DNA of 63,255 bases, filler included, from Octopus bimaculoides (Eukaryota), in NCBI RefSeq assembly GCF_001194135.2. It is 5 parts of 4 records of this genome, joined end to end, with 100 filler letters (N's around TTAATTAATTAA, not from the genome) between each part and the next. Parts side by side here need not be neighbours in the genome. Positions count along the whole stretch, not along the records: positions 10,684 to 33,737 come from NC_069005.1; 4 more parts are not named here. One strand, 5' to 3'. Made by a program: the position numbers and the translations under genes. The notes beneath the pieces are model-generated. The model ran no database searches. It was given only the letters and a program-made list of their open reading frames with translations, and was not told the DNA's origin. Below are positions 13,070-25,711 of the stretch, piece by piece (the first letter of the stretch is position 1; each line of letters begins with the position of its first letter).

Positions 13070-14320
13070 TATAGGAATGAATATAGGCTCACCGCTAGCT
13101 TTACCGGTCAAAATTGTCGTCTCCAAGACTGTTGGCATCATCTTCTTTACTATAAGTCATGTGCCAATGCAAACCTTTGGTAGATCGAGGTTTCGAAGCA
13201 GCATAACTGGTGCCCTAAACTTGAGGTGCAAGTTGTGAGGTGGGAGGACAGGTGGTGTTAGACTATTTCAGAATTCAAAGGGATAATTCACAGCTTCATC
13301 GATGTTGAGTACAGTGGCAACAGAATTGTAGATGTGACACTCACCTGGCAACTGTTCCAGAAGTTTAAAGTTCAAATTGTCAACTCCCACATTCTTTGGA
13401 GTTAAAATGGCACGAGTTTTCAGTCATTTGTGGTCTGTAAACGGATTCCTCAGATTAGAAAACACCTTATTCATTAGTTCTTTTAAATCAGATACCATAT
13501 GTCCAAAAGGCAAGCTTACCCGGCCATCATTCTCGCCAACCGAAGTGCCATTACCGACACCCAATATTTGTTTTGAAAAGATTCTGACTACATCATCACC
13601 ACTGAGCAGCAGTTTCATGTTGGTTGAGAGTTTCAGCTTTTGCAAACTGTTCCATAAGTAGGACGACTTTATGATGGCATTTATATCATCGGTTCCTGTC
13701 CCTTTTGGAACCACGGGAAGGGTTTTCTAAAGTCTCCTGCAAGCAAGACTGTGACACCTCCTATGAGCCTGGTGTAGTGTCTCAGGTCTTGAAGGCCCAT
13801 ATCAAGTGCTTCAAAGGAAACCTTGAAGCTCATTGTCGCCTCATCCCAGATAATCAATATACATTCACCCAGAAGTTTGCCTTTTATAGAACCACGACTG
13901 ATGTTGTAGTTTTCCTTCTCTTTCTTGGACAGGTCCAAAGAGAGTTTGAAACAGGAATGAGCTGTGCGGCCACCACTTAGCTGAGTTGCAGGTATTCCAC
14001 TTGATGACACTGCTATGGTAATGAGTTTCATTTGACGCAGTTTAGCCAGAAGAAGGTTGATGACAAATATCTTTCCAGTTCCACCTGGAGCATCCAGAAA
14101 GAAAAGACATCCTCTTTCATTTTCCATTCTCGAAATAATGGTGTTGCAAACACCTAGTTAGCTCTCCATCAGTTTGTGTTCTTTATCAGCTACATACGCC
14201 GTCATTTCCTCGATGACATAGCTGATTTCTCGCGAGAGTATTTGCTGCGTGCTCCGGTTGAGGTAGACCAAATGTGGAATTGCCTTGGCCTCCCATTTGA
14301 AATACTAAGAAATAAACATA
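13070..14320 (-). pseudogene. Helitron Rep-Hel fragment, PIF1-like helicase domain, decayed
   Basis: Walker A FLDAPGGTGK, GGRTAHSCFKL, IIWDEATM, GGVTVLLAGDFR; downstream PPHNLHLKFRAPVMLRNLD..TGKASGEPIFIP; upstream FGLPQP motif at about 14250-14290. Frameshifts and stops present. Confidence 0.9.
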
Positions 14321-14329
14321 CTCAACTTG

Positions 14330-14599
14330 AGTTACAGTGACGTAAACACACCAGCATTGGTTGTCAGGGGATATTAGGGGGACAAATACAGACACACAAA
14401 CACACATACATATATACATATACATATATACGAGGGGATGATTCTTTCCGTTTCTGTCTACCAAATCCACTCAGAAGTCTTTGGTCGGCTTGAGGCCATA
14501 GTAGAAGACATATGCCCAAGGTGCCACGCAGTGGGACTGAACCCGGAACCATGTAGTTTGAAAGCATGTTTCTTACCACACAGCCACTCCTGCGCCTAT
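14330..14599 (-). mobile_element. SINE-B, 3'-truncated, abutting the Helitron fragment
   Basis: Head ..cagccactcctgcgcc at about 14581-14597, ccaaggtgccacgcagtgggactgaaccc, internal (CA/TA)n. Confidence 0.85.
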
Positions 14600-14869
14600 N
14601 NNNNNNNNNNNNNNNNNNNNNNNNNNNNNNNNNNNNNNNNNNNNNNNNNNNNNNNNNNNNNNNNNNNNNNNNNNNNNNNNNNNNNNNNNNNNNNNNNNNN
14701 NNNNNNNNNNNNNNNNNNNNNNNNNNNNNNNNNNNNNNNNNNNNNNNNNNNNNNNNNNNNNNNNNNNNNNNNNNNNNNNNNNNNNNNNNNNNNNNNNNNN
14801 NNNNNNNNNNNNNNNNNNNNNNNNNNNTATATATATATGTATGTATATATATATATATATATATTTACG

Positions 14870-15030
14870 GCGGGATTCTTTTAAGTTTCGTTCTACCAAA
14901 TCCATTGACAAAGCTTTGGTGTCCGATGTTACAGTAGAAGACAATTGGCCAAGGAGCAACCCATGTGGTCTTTGACTGAACCTAAGTCTATGTGGTGATG
15001 TTTGCAAGATTTTCAACCACCCAGTCACGC
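14870..15030 (-). mobile_element. SINE-B, degenerate head half
   Basis: taccaaatccattgacaaagctttgg..agtagaagacaattggccaagg matches the reverse complement of the SINE-B head. Confidence 0.65.
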
Positions 15031-15672
15031 TGCACCTTAAAAAATGTTGCTTAAGATTTTCACGAGTTTTGATCTTGCGTTCTTCTGCGTGTTAAAAGAT
15101 GAAATAAGCACTACATTATGGAACCGCCAGAAAGAAATAAGGAATTTTATCATTATATTTGATGAATTCATCTTCAATAATCACAATGCATGGTTTATAA
15201 TATTTAACCGTTTCTCTTTGTTGTCAGCTATTTTACTTTCATCTCTTAATAAAATTCATTTTAAGGAAAACAGTTCCATCATTTTCTTTTAATCCGGAAA
15301 CCATCGAGTTTACACAAAGTATATAGTTTCACTTTAATGCGGTCGTGGACACAAAGAAGCACTAAAAATGATTTATTTCTAACAATTCTAGCTTAATATC
15401 TTTATTAAGTAAATGTTTATAATGATGGTGTTAACGATAATGAACCCGGTAAAACGTGGTTAAGGAATGACACTCTCAAACTCACTCACGTCTGCACCTT
15501 TATTGAACAATATATCTTTCAAGTATATTCAATGTAAATTGAACAATACAAACGCAGAGCTGCGCATTATGAACGCCAAACATCTGCCTAACATTTATAT
15601 TTCCTATTATTCAAGGGAAAATTTCTTTTCAATATGTGTATGCTTGTGTGCGTTTGTGTGTATGAATGTGTG

Positions 15673-15773
<101 letters not shown>

Positions 15774-15917
15774 ATGTATATATGTATCTACGTATCTATA
15801 TCTATCTATCTATATACATTTATACATATACATATATGTATGTATGTACGTATGTATATATGTACTCTTGTATGTAAATATAAGTATGTATGCATGTATG
15901 TGTGTGTTTGTGTGTGT

Positions 15918-16160
15918 GGAGGCGTGTGACTTAGTTTTTAGGGTGTTGGACACATGATCGTAAGATTGTGGTTTCGATTCCTGGACCGGGCGACATGTTG
16001 TGTTCTTGAGCAAAACACTTCATTTCGCGTTGTTCCAATCCATTCAACTGGTAAAAATGAGTAACCCTGCGACGGACCGGCGTCCCGTCCAGGTGGAAAA
16101 TATATACCTCATTGAAAACGGCAAGCTGGTCCTCATGAGCCTGGCATGGCTCGATAAGGA
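15918..16160 (+). mobile_element. SINE-C copy
   Basis: tRNA-like head (GGTTTCGATTCC B-box), GTTGTGTTCTTGAGCAAAACACTT, and CCCTGCGACGGACCGGCGTCCCGTCCAGG, which from memory resembles the V-SINE 3' block. Confidence 0.8.
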
Positions 16161-16918
16161 AACGCTTATTTTTTGTTTATATATATATATATAGTGGAGG
16201 CGCAATGGCCTAGTGGTTAGGGCAGTGGACTCGATTCAACCTATGATTAATCGAATCATCTATTAGTTAAGTGGTTAAATTGTTAACTAATTCATAAATA
16301 AAGGATAAAGAAATGAAATATAAGCAGTGCGTGTGTTTACCATTGGCATAATGACCCTCTCTCGAAACAACAAAAAGAGAATTAATCTTTTCAATTACAT
16401 CTGTTAATCATAGAAACAGTGCAGTGCCGGTCAGTCTGAAGATACGAACTGTCGAAAATCCGCTTCTTCGGGTTCATTTCATAGATTCTAAACTCTATCA
16501 AACATTACAGCTGCAATTTCAAAATCATCTTCTGGATTTGATTACGAAGCCATTCATTGTTTCTGTTTTAATGTCACCTGGTCTGATGGAATGGAATTTG
16601 GACAGAATAGCTTATTAGACTTGACAGCGATTTTAATTGCTATTTTTGAACCGATCGATTCGCTGTCATCTAGCCTGTGCGAGTAATCATAGCGTTAGCA
16701 TCATTAAAAATTAACTGTCGGCAACAAGTTATTATTGATTAATAAATTTTGTCTCGGACAAATGAATAGAAAACTAATTGGTGAGTTGACTTAAGTATTT
16801 GAGACAGGACAGGCTGTAGAATAGGACAAAGAAATTAACACACAATGAAGTCTGCTGCTCATATGATCCTTAAAGTGTCTCTTTATCATTATTATTATAA
16901 TTATTGTTGTTCTTGTTG

Positions 16919-16955
<37 letters not shown>

Positions 16956-16961
16956 CGTTAC

Positions 16962-16992
<31 letters not shown>

Positions 16993-17006
16993 ATTATTAT
17001 TATTAG

Positions 17007-17219
17007 TGCAGTGAATTGGCAGAATTGTCAGGACGTCAAGCGAAATGCTTGGCAGCATTTCGTCCGTGGTTATGTTTTAAATTCAAATTCCGCCGAGGTA
17101 GATTTTGCCTTTAATCCTTTCGGGGTGGATAAATTAGGTTCCAGTGAAACACTGGGGTCGATGTCATCGACTTAACCCCCTTCCCCAAAATTTCAGGCCT
17201 TGTACCTATAGTAGAAAGG

Positions 17220-17220
<1 letters not shown>
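17007..17220 (+). mobile_element. SINE-A, full length, ending in (ATT)n
   Basis: Head ttggcagaattgtcagg, B-box region aattcaaattccgccgagg, central block and tail ttcaggccttgtacctatagtagaaagg. Confidence 0.85.
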
Positions 17221-17279
<59 letters not shown>

Positions 17280-17299
17280 GTTATTATTATTATTATTAT

Positions 17300-18390
17300 T
17301 TATGTTCATTAGTATCATCTTTCAATTTTGTTTCCATTTCTTGCCGAGTATCTTCCTGACACCTAGGACAGTGAAACATACTGAATACAGTAGTAGGCCA
17401 TTAAAACAGACACACCAGATTGTTCATTTACAGAGTNNNNNNNNNNTCCTGACACCTAGGACAGTGAAACATACTGAATACAGTAGTAGGCCATTAAAAC
17501 AGACACACCAGATTGTTCATTTACAGAGTCATGTGATAGAGAAGAAGGGGAAGACAGAGAGAAAAGGAAAAAAATAGAAAATAGAAAAGTAAACAGATAA
17601 AATATGGGGGAACAGGTACAAAAATTCACAGCGACAATGCTCTTCTCAATACGTGTGATGTATCAGTTAAGACAATCTTTTGCCCTTCCTGTATGGATGG
17701 TAAGCCAGGGATCATTCTTAAATAATTTTCAGGTCCTTTTTTGATCATTCCAAGTCCTCCTTCAATCACTGGTATTGTAACCGTCTTGAGATGCCACATC
17801 TTTTCGATTTCGATTAGCAAATCTTTATATTTTCGAGCTTATCAAATTCTTTTGCCGATATATTATGGTCACAGGGTATGCTCGTGTCAATCAATAAACA
17901 GACTCTATTGCTTTTGTCTTTCACAACAATATCTGGATTATTTACCTTGATGGTGTAGTGTGTACATACTGCGAAGTCCCAAAGAATTGTTACATTATCT
18001 CCCTCAGTTACAGCCTCAGGGCGGCGCTTGTACCATATATCAGCAGTTTTGATTTTATAAAGCCGACACATTATCCAATGTAGATATTGGCTAACACTGT
18101 CATGTCTTGTTTTGTATGGCTACAGGTCCTAAAATCTTACATACAGAGATTAGATGGTCGACTGTTTCTATCCCATCGTTGCAGTATCAGCCCTTTGGGT
18201 CCACCCATTTTTCATCACTTTGGCTTGATAGTTCCGGGTCAATAAGCTCTGATCCTCGGCAGCCAAGTTAAAGCCTTCACTCTCTGCCTTTAGCCCTGAG
18301 CTCCGGAGCCACTGACGGGTTTGCTTCTTGTCTACATCAGTTTGTTTGCTACAGGCCACAAGTTTGCCATACATAGGCTTTTATTCCCAC
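17300..18390 (-). mobile_element. R4/Dong-like RLE non-LTR retrotransposon, 5'-truncated 3' end, flanked by (TAA)n/(TGA)n tracts
   Basis: Minus-strand translations WLRSSGLKAESEGFNLAAEDQSLLTRNY, TIKVNNPDIVVKDKSNRVCLLIDTSIPCD (PD..D endonuclease) and EIEKMWHLKTVTIPVIEGGLG..QKIVLTDTSHVLRRAL. (ATT)n lies on both sides (17220-17300 and 18395-18465). Confidence 0.85.
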
Positions 18391-18411
18391 CTATCATCAT
18401 CATCATTATTA

Positions 18412-18464
<53 letters not shown>

Positions 18465-18469
18465 TGTTA

Positions 18470-18680
18470 AAGCGGCGAGCTGACCTAATCGTTAGCGCGC
18501 GGAGCGAAATGTTTAGCAGCATTTCGTCAGTCTTTAAGTTCTGAGTTCAAATTCCGCCGAGGTTGACTTTGCCTTTTATCCTTTCGAAATCAGTAACATA
18601 AGTACCAGTTGAACACTGAGGTCGACGCAATCGACTTAATCCCTTACCCGAACTTGCAAGCCTTGTGCCAAAATTTAAAA
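18470..18680 (+). mobile_element. SINE-A, full length
   Basis: gcggcgagctgacc..ctgagttcaaattccgccgaggttgactttgcc. Confidence 0.88.
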
Positions 18681-19140
18681 TCATTATTATTATAAGTAGT
18701 AGTAGTAGTAGTAGTAGTAGTAAGTATCATTATCCTTATTATTGAGTAAATGGCTCATGTGTATAATACAGTGCGATTCAGACAAAGTGAGAGTCTGTGT
18801 CGATTCGTTCAAAGCAGTGAAATCTATTAATAATTATTTAGTTATTGATAGACGCGAAATCTCAGATAGCCAATATAAAACAGTTTCGAGAAAACTTCGT
18901 GTTATGCGACTGAATATAGTTGCCTCCTCTGACTTTTGGCTTTCAATTTTCAATCAATATTGACAGAAGAGATAGATAAGACAGATGAGTGAGATGAATG
19001 AGATGACTGAGATGGATAACTAAACAAGAAGCAATTGGGTTGAATGGAAAACATTTTTAAAGTAACAATGAGGGCAAAGAATGGGTGTTGAGAGTCTAAT
19101 TTGGTGTATATTAGCTGGTATTATTTAAATTATCGGTTAA

Positions 19141-19355
19141 GGCGGCGAGTTGGCAGAATCGTTAGCACGCCGGGCGAAATGCTTAACGGTATTTCGTCTG
19201 CCGTTACGTCCTGAGTTCAAATTCCGCCGAGGTCGACTTTGCCTTTCAACCTTTCGGGGGTTGCCAAAATAAGTACCAGTGAAACACTGGCGTCGATGTA
19301 ATCGACTTAATCCCTTCCCCCAAACTTCATGCCTATGCTTATAACAGAAAAAATT
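19141..19355 (+). mobile_element. SINE-A, best-preserved copy
   Basis: GGCGGCGAGTTGGCAGAATCGTTAG head with A-box-like TGGCAGAATCG and B-box GAGTTCAAATTCC. Central GTCGACTTTGCCTTTCAACCTTTCGGGG..AAAATAAGTACCAG resembles, from memory, the Meta SINE domain. Confidence 0.9.
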
Positions 19356-19682
19356 ATATAAATTATCGGTGTGTCGTGATTTTAACGTTACGAAGGTGTG
19401 AGACCTAGTAGTTAGAGAGCTGAGCTCACGATCTCAATACCATGTATTCGATTCTTCAACTTAGTGTCGTGCTGTCTATTTGACCAAGGTAAATTGTATA
19501 TATATACACTGAATCGTGACAAGGTATGGACGGTTTTCGGAGGACCGAAGAAATTATGTGTAAATTGAGAATTATACGAGGTATAGTACTATACAAATTA
19601 CCGAAAGGATTTTCACCTCTTATATCACATCTTTCTTCCTCCTTTAACGCCGATGTGATGTAATTTCCTGGGAGAGAAATAC

Positions 19683-19755
19683 TTTTGCGGCTGAAGATAG
19701 CTTTGTATGGTAAATTATACACTGATATAAAGCTTGAAACACGTGTACCGCAGAA
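19683..19755 (+). ncRNA. Type I hammerhead ribozyme, PLE/retrozyme-like minimal form, apparently intact
   Basis: Stem I 19683-19690/19748-19755 (8 bp, 1 GU); core CTGAAGA 19691-19697; stem II AGCTTTGTAT/ATATAAAGCT (10 bp, 1 GU); GAAA 19736-19739; palindromic ACACGTGT stem III; GTA cleavage triplet 19745-19747. Confidence 0.8.
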
Positions 19756-20625
19756 TNNNNNNNNNNNNNNNNNNNNNNNNNNNNNNNNNNNNNNNNNNNN
19801 NNNNNNNNNNNNNNNNNNNNNNNNNNNNNNNNNNNNNNNNNNNNNNNNNNNNNNNNNNNNNNNNNNNNNNNNNNNNNNNNNNNNNNNNNNNNNNNNNNNN
19901 NNNNNNNNNNNNNNNNNNNNNNNNNNNNNNNNNNNNNNNNNNNNNNNNNNNNNNNNNNNNNNNNNNNNNNNNNNNNNNNNNNNNNNNNNNNNNNNNNNNN
20001 NNNNNNNNNNNNNNNNNNNNNNNNNNNNNNNNNNNNNNNNNNNNNNNNNNNNNNNNNNNNNNNNNNNNNNNNNNNNNNNNNNNNNNNNNNNNNNNNNNNN
20101 NNNNNNNNNNNNNNNNNNNNNNNNNNNNNNNNNNNNNNNNNNNNNNNNNNNNNNNNNNNNNNNNNNNNNNNNNNNNNNNNNNNNNNNNNNNNNNNNNNNN
20201 NNNNNNNNNNNNNNNNNNNNNNNNNNNNNNNNNNNNNNNNNNNNNNNNNNNNNNNNNNNNNNNNNNNNNNNNNNNNNNNNNNNNNNNNNNNNNNNNNNNN
20301 NNNNNNNNNNNNNNNNNNNNNNNNNNNNNNNNNNNNNNNNNNNNNNNNNNNNNNNNNNNNNNNNNNNNNNNNNNNNNNNNNNNNNNNNNNNNNNNNNNNN
20401 NNNNNNNNNNNNNNNNNNNNNNNNNNNNNNNNNNNNNNNNNNNNNNNNNNNNNNNNNNNNNNNNNNNNNNNNNNNNNNNNNNNNNNNNNNNNNNNNNNNN
20501 NNNNNNNNNNNNNTTATCGATCCCTATTGCGGAACCGCTAACGTATAGGAACGTAAGCATATCAACAGCGGTTGTCAAGCAGCGGTCGGGGACAAATACA
20601 CACACAAAACACACATATACATACA

Positions 20626-20683
<58 letters not shown>

Positions 20684-20689
20684 CGTGTG

Positions 20690-21200
20690 TGTTAGGATTG
20701 GCTTTTCCAACGCAAAAAATCTCTTACAAATTATCTCCTCACATAATATTAGTCTGTTAAATAAGAATACTAACATTAGTTTAGCTAATACCAACCATCC
20801 CCCTAGAAATATTAATAACAAGGTTATTGTCTCTGAAGTCAATTCCAACAGAATTAAATTTATGCCTAGTAATTCTAAGATTAGAAACTCTATATACCAG
20901 TGTAAAATTACTTCAGGTACCGATGTCTTTTTTTATGTAGGTAGTTCTTCTTCTCAGTTATCTAAAAGAATTTCTAATCATTACTCTACATTTAGGGATA
21001 GTAATAAACGTAACAGTGCATGGCTTAGTAAATTTATTTGGAATCTAAAAAACCATAATAAACAATTTAATTTAGATTGGTTGATTCTCTCCATTTCGTT
21101 TCCATATGATAAAGGCAAGGGATTTTATCGTCTCTGTAATTGTGAGCTATTTTTTATTCTTTTTTTAATCCCCTTGTAAACACGTTTATAGAGCGTGCTT
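20690..21200 (+). mobile_element. Penelope-like element GIY-YIG endonuclease fragment (Neptune-like)
   Basis: NSIYQCKIT..FFYVGSSSSQLSKRISNHYSTF..SAWLSKFIWNLK..LDWLIL..PY..YRLCNCE. GIY/YIG-equivalent strands and the SKYIW-type motif of PLE endonucleases. Confidence 0.85.
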
Positions 21201-21548
21201 ATTGATACAAACATTGGCAGAAACATACTTTTATTTCATATAAGTGATATCTACCATTATATATAATATGGACATTGTTTTTTTTTTCTTACATTTCACT
21301 TCCACTAGATATATCTTTTCCAAGACTTTAGGGTTTTATTTAATTTGCATATCGTTCTATACCTCTCATTTATCTGGTTTCTAATTTTTTTTCTTTCCTT
21401 TACCCCCCCCCTCTTTCTACAGGCTACCTTTCACGTTATATCCTCTAACGTTTTTTTAAAATGACTTAATACCGTTCAGTTCATCAAAATACATATCCAT
21501 CATATTCTGTTAAAATGTCTTATTGACGAGTTTGTTTTATTTCTTCAT

Positions 21549-21630
21549 TACCCTGAAGAGAAGATTACATTGTTTTACACCATTTTATTCCTTTGGAATA
21601 ATACCAATGTCTTCAAAACATGTGTCGGAA
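21549..21630 (+). ncRNA. Decayed hammerhead motif in the PLE pseudo-LTR downstream of the GIY-YIG fragment
   Basis: CC-CTGAAGA-GAAGA..CATTG..CAATG-TCTTC-AAAAC-ATGT-GTC-GG. G12 reads A and ACACGTGT reads ACATGTGT; both changes are consistent with CpG deamination. Confidence 0.7.
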
Positions 21631-23819
21631 GTAAAAGAATTTGAATAACACCTGCGTTTAACTCCATGTATATATATATACACACACACACATATATANN
21701 NNNNNNNNNNNNNNNNNNNNNNNNNNNNNNNNNNNNNNNNNNNNNNNNNNNNNNNNNNNNNNNNNNNNNNNNNNNNNNNNNNNNNNNNNNNNNNNNNNNN
21801 NNNNNNNNNNNNNNNNNNNNNNNNNNNNNNNNNNNNNNNNNNNNNNNNNNNNNNNNNNNNNNNNNNNNNNNNNNNNNNNNNNNNNNNNNNNNNNNNNNNN
21901 NNNNNNNNNNNNNNNNNNNNNNNNNNNNNNNNNNNNNNNNNNNNNNNNNNNNNNNNNNNNNNNNNNNNNNNNNNNNNNNNNNNNNNNNNNNNNNNNNNNN
22001 NNNNNNNNNNNNNNNNNNNNNNNNNNNNNNNNNNNNNNNNNNNNNNNNNNNNNNNNNNNNNNNNNNNNNNNNNNNNNNNNNNNNNNNNNNNNNNNNNNNN
22101 NNNNNNNNNNNNNNNNNNNNNNNNNNNNNNNNNNNNNNNNNNNNNNNNNNNNNNNNNNNNNNNNNNNNNNNNNNNNNNNNNNNNNNNNNNNNNNNNNNNN
22201 NNNNNNNNNNNNNNNNNNNNNNNNNNNNNNNNNNNNNNNNNNNNNNNNNNNNNNNNNNNNNNNNNNNNNNNNNNNNNNNNNNNNNNNNNNNNNNNNNNNN
22301 NNNNNNNNNNNNNNNNNNNNNNNNNNNNNNNNNNNNNNNNNNNNNNNNNNNNNNNNNNNNNNNNNNNNNNNNNNNNNNNNNNNNNNNNNNNNNNNNNNNN
22401 NNNNNNNNNNNNNNNNNNNNNNNNNNNNNNNNNNNNNNNNNNNNNNNNNNNNNNNNNNNNNNNNNNNNNNNNNNNNNNNNNNNNNNNNNNNNNNNNNNNN
22501 NNNNNNNNNNNNNNNNNNNNNNNNNNNNNNNNNNNNNNNNNNNNNNNNNNNNNNNNNNNNNNNNNNNNNNNNNNNNNNNNNNNNNNNNNNNNATATATAT
22601 ATATATATATACATATGTATATATAAAATGTCGGTTCCATTGGAACGGACGTAACTACCATTTTTAACTCCATGAGGAACTTCCTGCACCTGGTTATCGG
22701 AACAGCCATATTGAAGTGGCGATAAACCTTTTTCTCTCAGTATAGTTACTACTTTCATCTCTTGTAGAGATTTTCTAACCAGCTACTTAGCTTGTTTGCA
22801 GATCAGTCTTTCAATACTGTTATTTCCAGTGGACGGGTATCCAGCTATGAGGGTGAGCACAAATAACTCGAAACCATACGGTCTGGTGGTCTCGTCGTCT
22901 GCTAACATATATTACCGAATTACGTACAGTTTCATTCTAATTACTTCGATTTATCACAAGGAATTGCTCAACGCGAGACTAGAATAGAAAACTTGTTTCA
23001 ATGTCACCTTGTGGTTGAACCTGAGACAATGCAGTTGAGAAATTCCCTTCTCTACCACATGATTATATCTACGAGTTTGTATTTATTAATTTATTCTTCA
23101 TTCTTTTTTTCAAGTTTCCAATATTTGAAATGCTATAATCATGTAATACTTATCACCAAAATGTTGATAGATGGATTCGTGATTATATGAAGACCAGTGC
23201 TTTACATTTCGTGCTAAGTTTTTACCTAATTAAAGTAATCTGTTTATTGGCAGATTTCCATTTGCGAGCCAGAAGAATATCGTTTATTTTCCTGAAATGT
23301 TGCAGTTTGCGTTTTGATGCTTGCTGTGTATTTTAATATTAATCGACTCTATATTTTTGCGTGCATTTATGCTTCTCGTGGGAATTTTAAATATATAATA
23401 ATTCTGCATATTTTCCACATTCTCTAGTACGGAGAGATGGATTCTGCATTGAACAGCTGTGCGAGAGATTCCTTAAAAGAGTATAGAGTTGATATTTGCC
23501 TACAAAAAATGTCACGCTGGTATTATGGTATGTAGGGTGGAGTAAAGTTGAGCGAAAGTTTGCAACCACTTAAATTATGTATTTGTGGTTAAGCAGTTCG
23601 CTTTGACAGAGTATGATTCTCGGTTCAATCTCGCTGTCTGGGGCCTTGGGCAACGGTCTTCTAATATCGCCGCGTGTTGTCCAATACATTTTGAATGGAA
23701 TATTCCTTTCTACTATAGGCACAAGGCCTGAAATTTCAGAGGAGGGTGTAAGACGATAAAGTTTGAGGTATATAGGCTTTAAATAATTTTCCCCGTGCAA
23801 CTAAATTGATTTTTAAATT

Positions 23820-24153
23820 TTCGAACAAGGCCTCCAAATTCGTGGGAGGGGATAAGTCGATTAAATCTACACCAGTGTTCAACTGGTACTTAATTCATCG
23901 ATCCCGAAAGGATGAAAGGCAAAGTTGACCTCGGTGTCATTGGAACCCGGAGCGTAAAGACGAGTGAAACGCCGCAAATTATTTTGCCCTGCGTGCTAAG
24001 GTTTCTTATTTCTTTACTGCCCACAAGGGGCTACACACAGAGGGAACAAACGGATTAAGTCGATTATATCAACCCCAGTGCATAACTGGTACTTATTTAA
24101 TCGAGCCCGAAAGGATGAAAGGTAAAGTCGAACGTTTCTGTCAGGTCACCGCC
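23820..24153 (-). mobile_element. SINE-A with a second, long-tailed SINE-A 3' fragment (about 24000-24132) nested in its head
   Basis: Host head resumes at 24133-24153 (reverse complement aaggcggtgacctgacagaaac). Approximate TSD aaggtttct / aacgtttct. Confidence 0.75.
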
Positions 24154-24399
24154 TTACCATGCAACTAAACTGGAGTTGAGAGGAATCATTTGCATAATAA
24201 AACGATTTAATGACGATGTATAGAAAATACAAGTTCGTGTATGTAGAGATAAGTACATTTATCAACTAGAATTCCCATTGACGGTTCCTTGGTGCAGCAA
24301 TTTATTAAATGAAAGGTCTACCTTTCCATTTTCTAATACAAAATGGCCCCACCACACCCTTGCTTTGTTTGGTTCAGTTAATCTTTATTTCACAATGTG

Positions 24400-24665
24400 T
24401 GCCTCTCCTTGGCTGGAGTATCATCATTATGAACCACCGGGCATTACTGGTTTAGATTCATAGGACGGGTTACCCGGTTCAAGGTCGTATAAATGGCCGG
24501 GTCACAACATTTCTCCAGAACGGGGTTCTAGTCTGTCGGTGGGTTACTCATTGGCAGCTGAGTGACCTGGAGCGACGTGAAATGGAAGTATCTTGTTTAA
24601 GAACAGAATGCACCACCCGATATGGGAATCGAAACGACAATCTTCCGAGTGCAATACCCTAAACA
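24400..24665 (-). mobile_element. SINE-C copy
   Basis: Reverse complement of the SINE-C head and body: tactcattggcagctgagtgacctggagcgacgtgaaat..gggaatcgaaac. Confidence 0.7.
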
Positions 24666-25711
24666 CCTTTACTGATAGGAGTGTAATCTCGATTAATCAA
24701 AGATATTCTTCTCTCATCACATAAAGAAATTCTCAGTACAACTTATAGAAGCCCTGACTTCATTTCGCCCCGCTTGTTGAGATTTTACGGCAGCACTCAC
24801 TGAGCTTGCCCAAACTTTTGGCATTCAAATATCAAAATGGCGAACTTTCAATCTCAGGCATAACAATGTTAAGAGGCTTTCGATTATTCTCTAAATTTCT
24901 AAATAGATCCATATATTCTAGGAATAAATAAAAAGTCAGTATTTTTCCCATTCTTTCTTCCGACTTGAACTCTCATCAACAAATATATTTTTTCTTTAAT
25001 GTTTTTGTTACCGGATATTAAGAAGACCAAATACCTAAGCCATGACCCCTTTTGAAGATCCTCCAGACATGTAAGGAGGAGTTATGCTCGTAGGAGAATG
25101 CACTCTTCTAAACGTAACCCAAGGTCCAGGTGTTGCTGTTAAACTTATTATTAATGGCATATTTTCAATAATTAACCAACCCATTTAGAGGCTGTTGCTC
25201 TTCATAGATCCGTAATTGAATTTAGCAATCTATTATGACACTTACCTGATAAATCAGCTTTAGAGATTGTAATTTAATATTCACAAATGCTCAATTAGCC
25301 GAAATAGAATTAGAAGCGCTTCTCTTTGCTAATTAGGATACAGATGTAGAATTTTAAATATGGTACGCATGTTAGAATCTGTTGATTGGTATCATCAAAA
25401 TTCAAGAGAAAGAGAGAGAGGGGGAGGAGGAGGAGGAGATTGAGTGGAAGAGAGAGATAAAGGGAGAGATAGTGAATTATCAGTAAAGATTGGTTTGAAC
25501 TAGGAATCCAAACTAGGTTATTAGTTCGCATTTGAAGAAACATACTTGTGGATCGAGAAATTAGATAGGCTCAATTAGACGATGTATAGTAGAGAAACTC
25601 TTGAACTGTACATGCTATTTCGATTATTTCACTTATTGGCTGCGGCCACTATGGAGGTCCGGCTACAGGGTACTCATTTTATCGAAGTATATTCTATCAA
25701 AGTATATTCTA

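Noticed and set aside
14186-14330. Apparent alternative 3' tail on a SINE-B copy
   Set aside because: It translates as FGLPQP..ISYVIEEM, the region just upstream of the Helitron helicase, so it is Helitron sequence abutting a truncated SINE.
16620-16670. gacagcga..tcgctgtc hairpin as a miRNA precursor
   Set aside because: Only about 9 bp pair well; the remainder of the arms is mismatched.
17354-17529. Exact 83-bp direct repeat
   Set aside because: The two copies are separated only by a 10-N gap; this is an unmerged contig overlap.
25246-25378. Minus-strand exon candidate with strong CAG|GTAAGT donor
   Set aside because: All three frames contain stops and no partner minus-strand exons were convincing.
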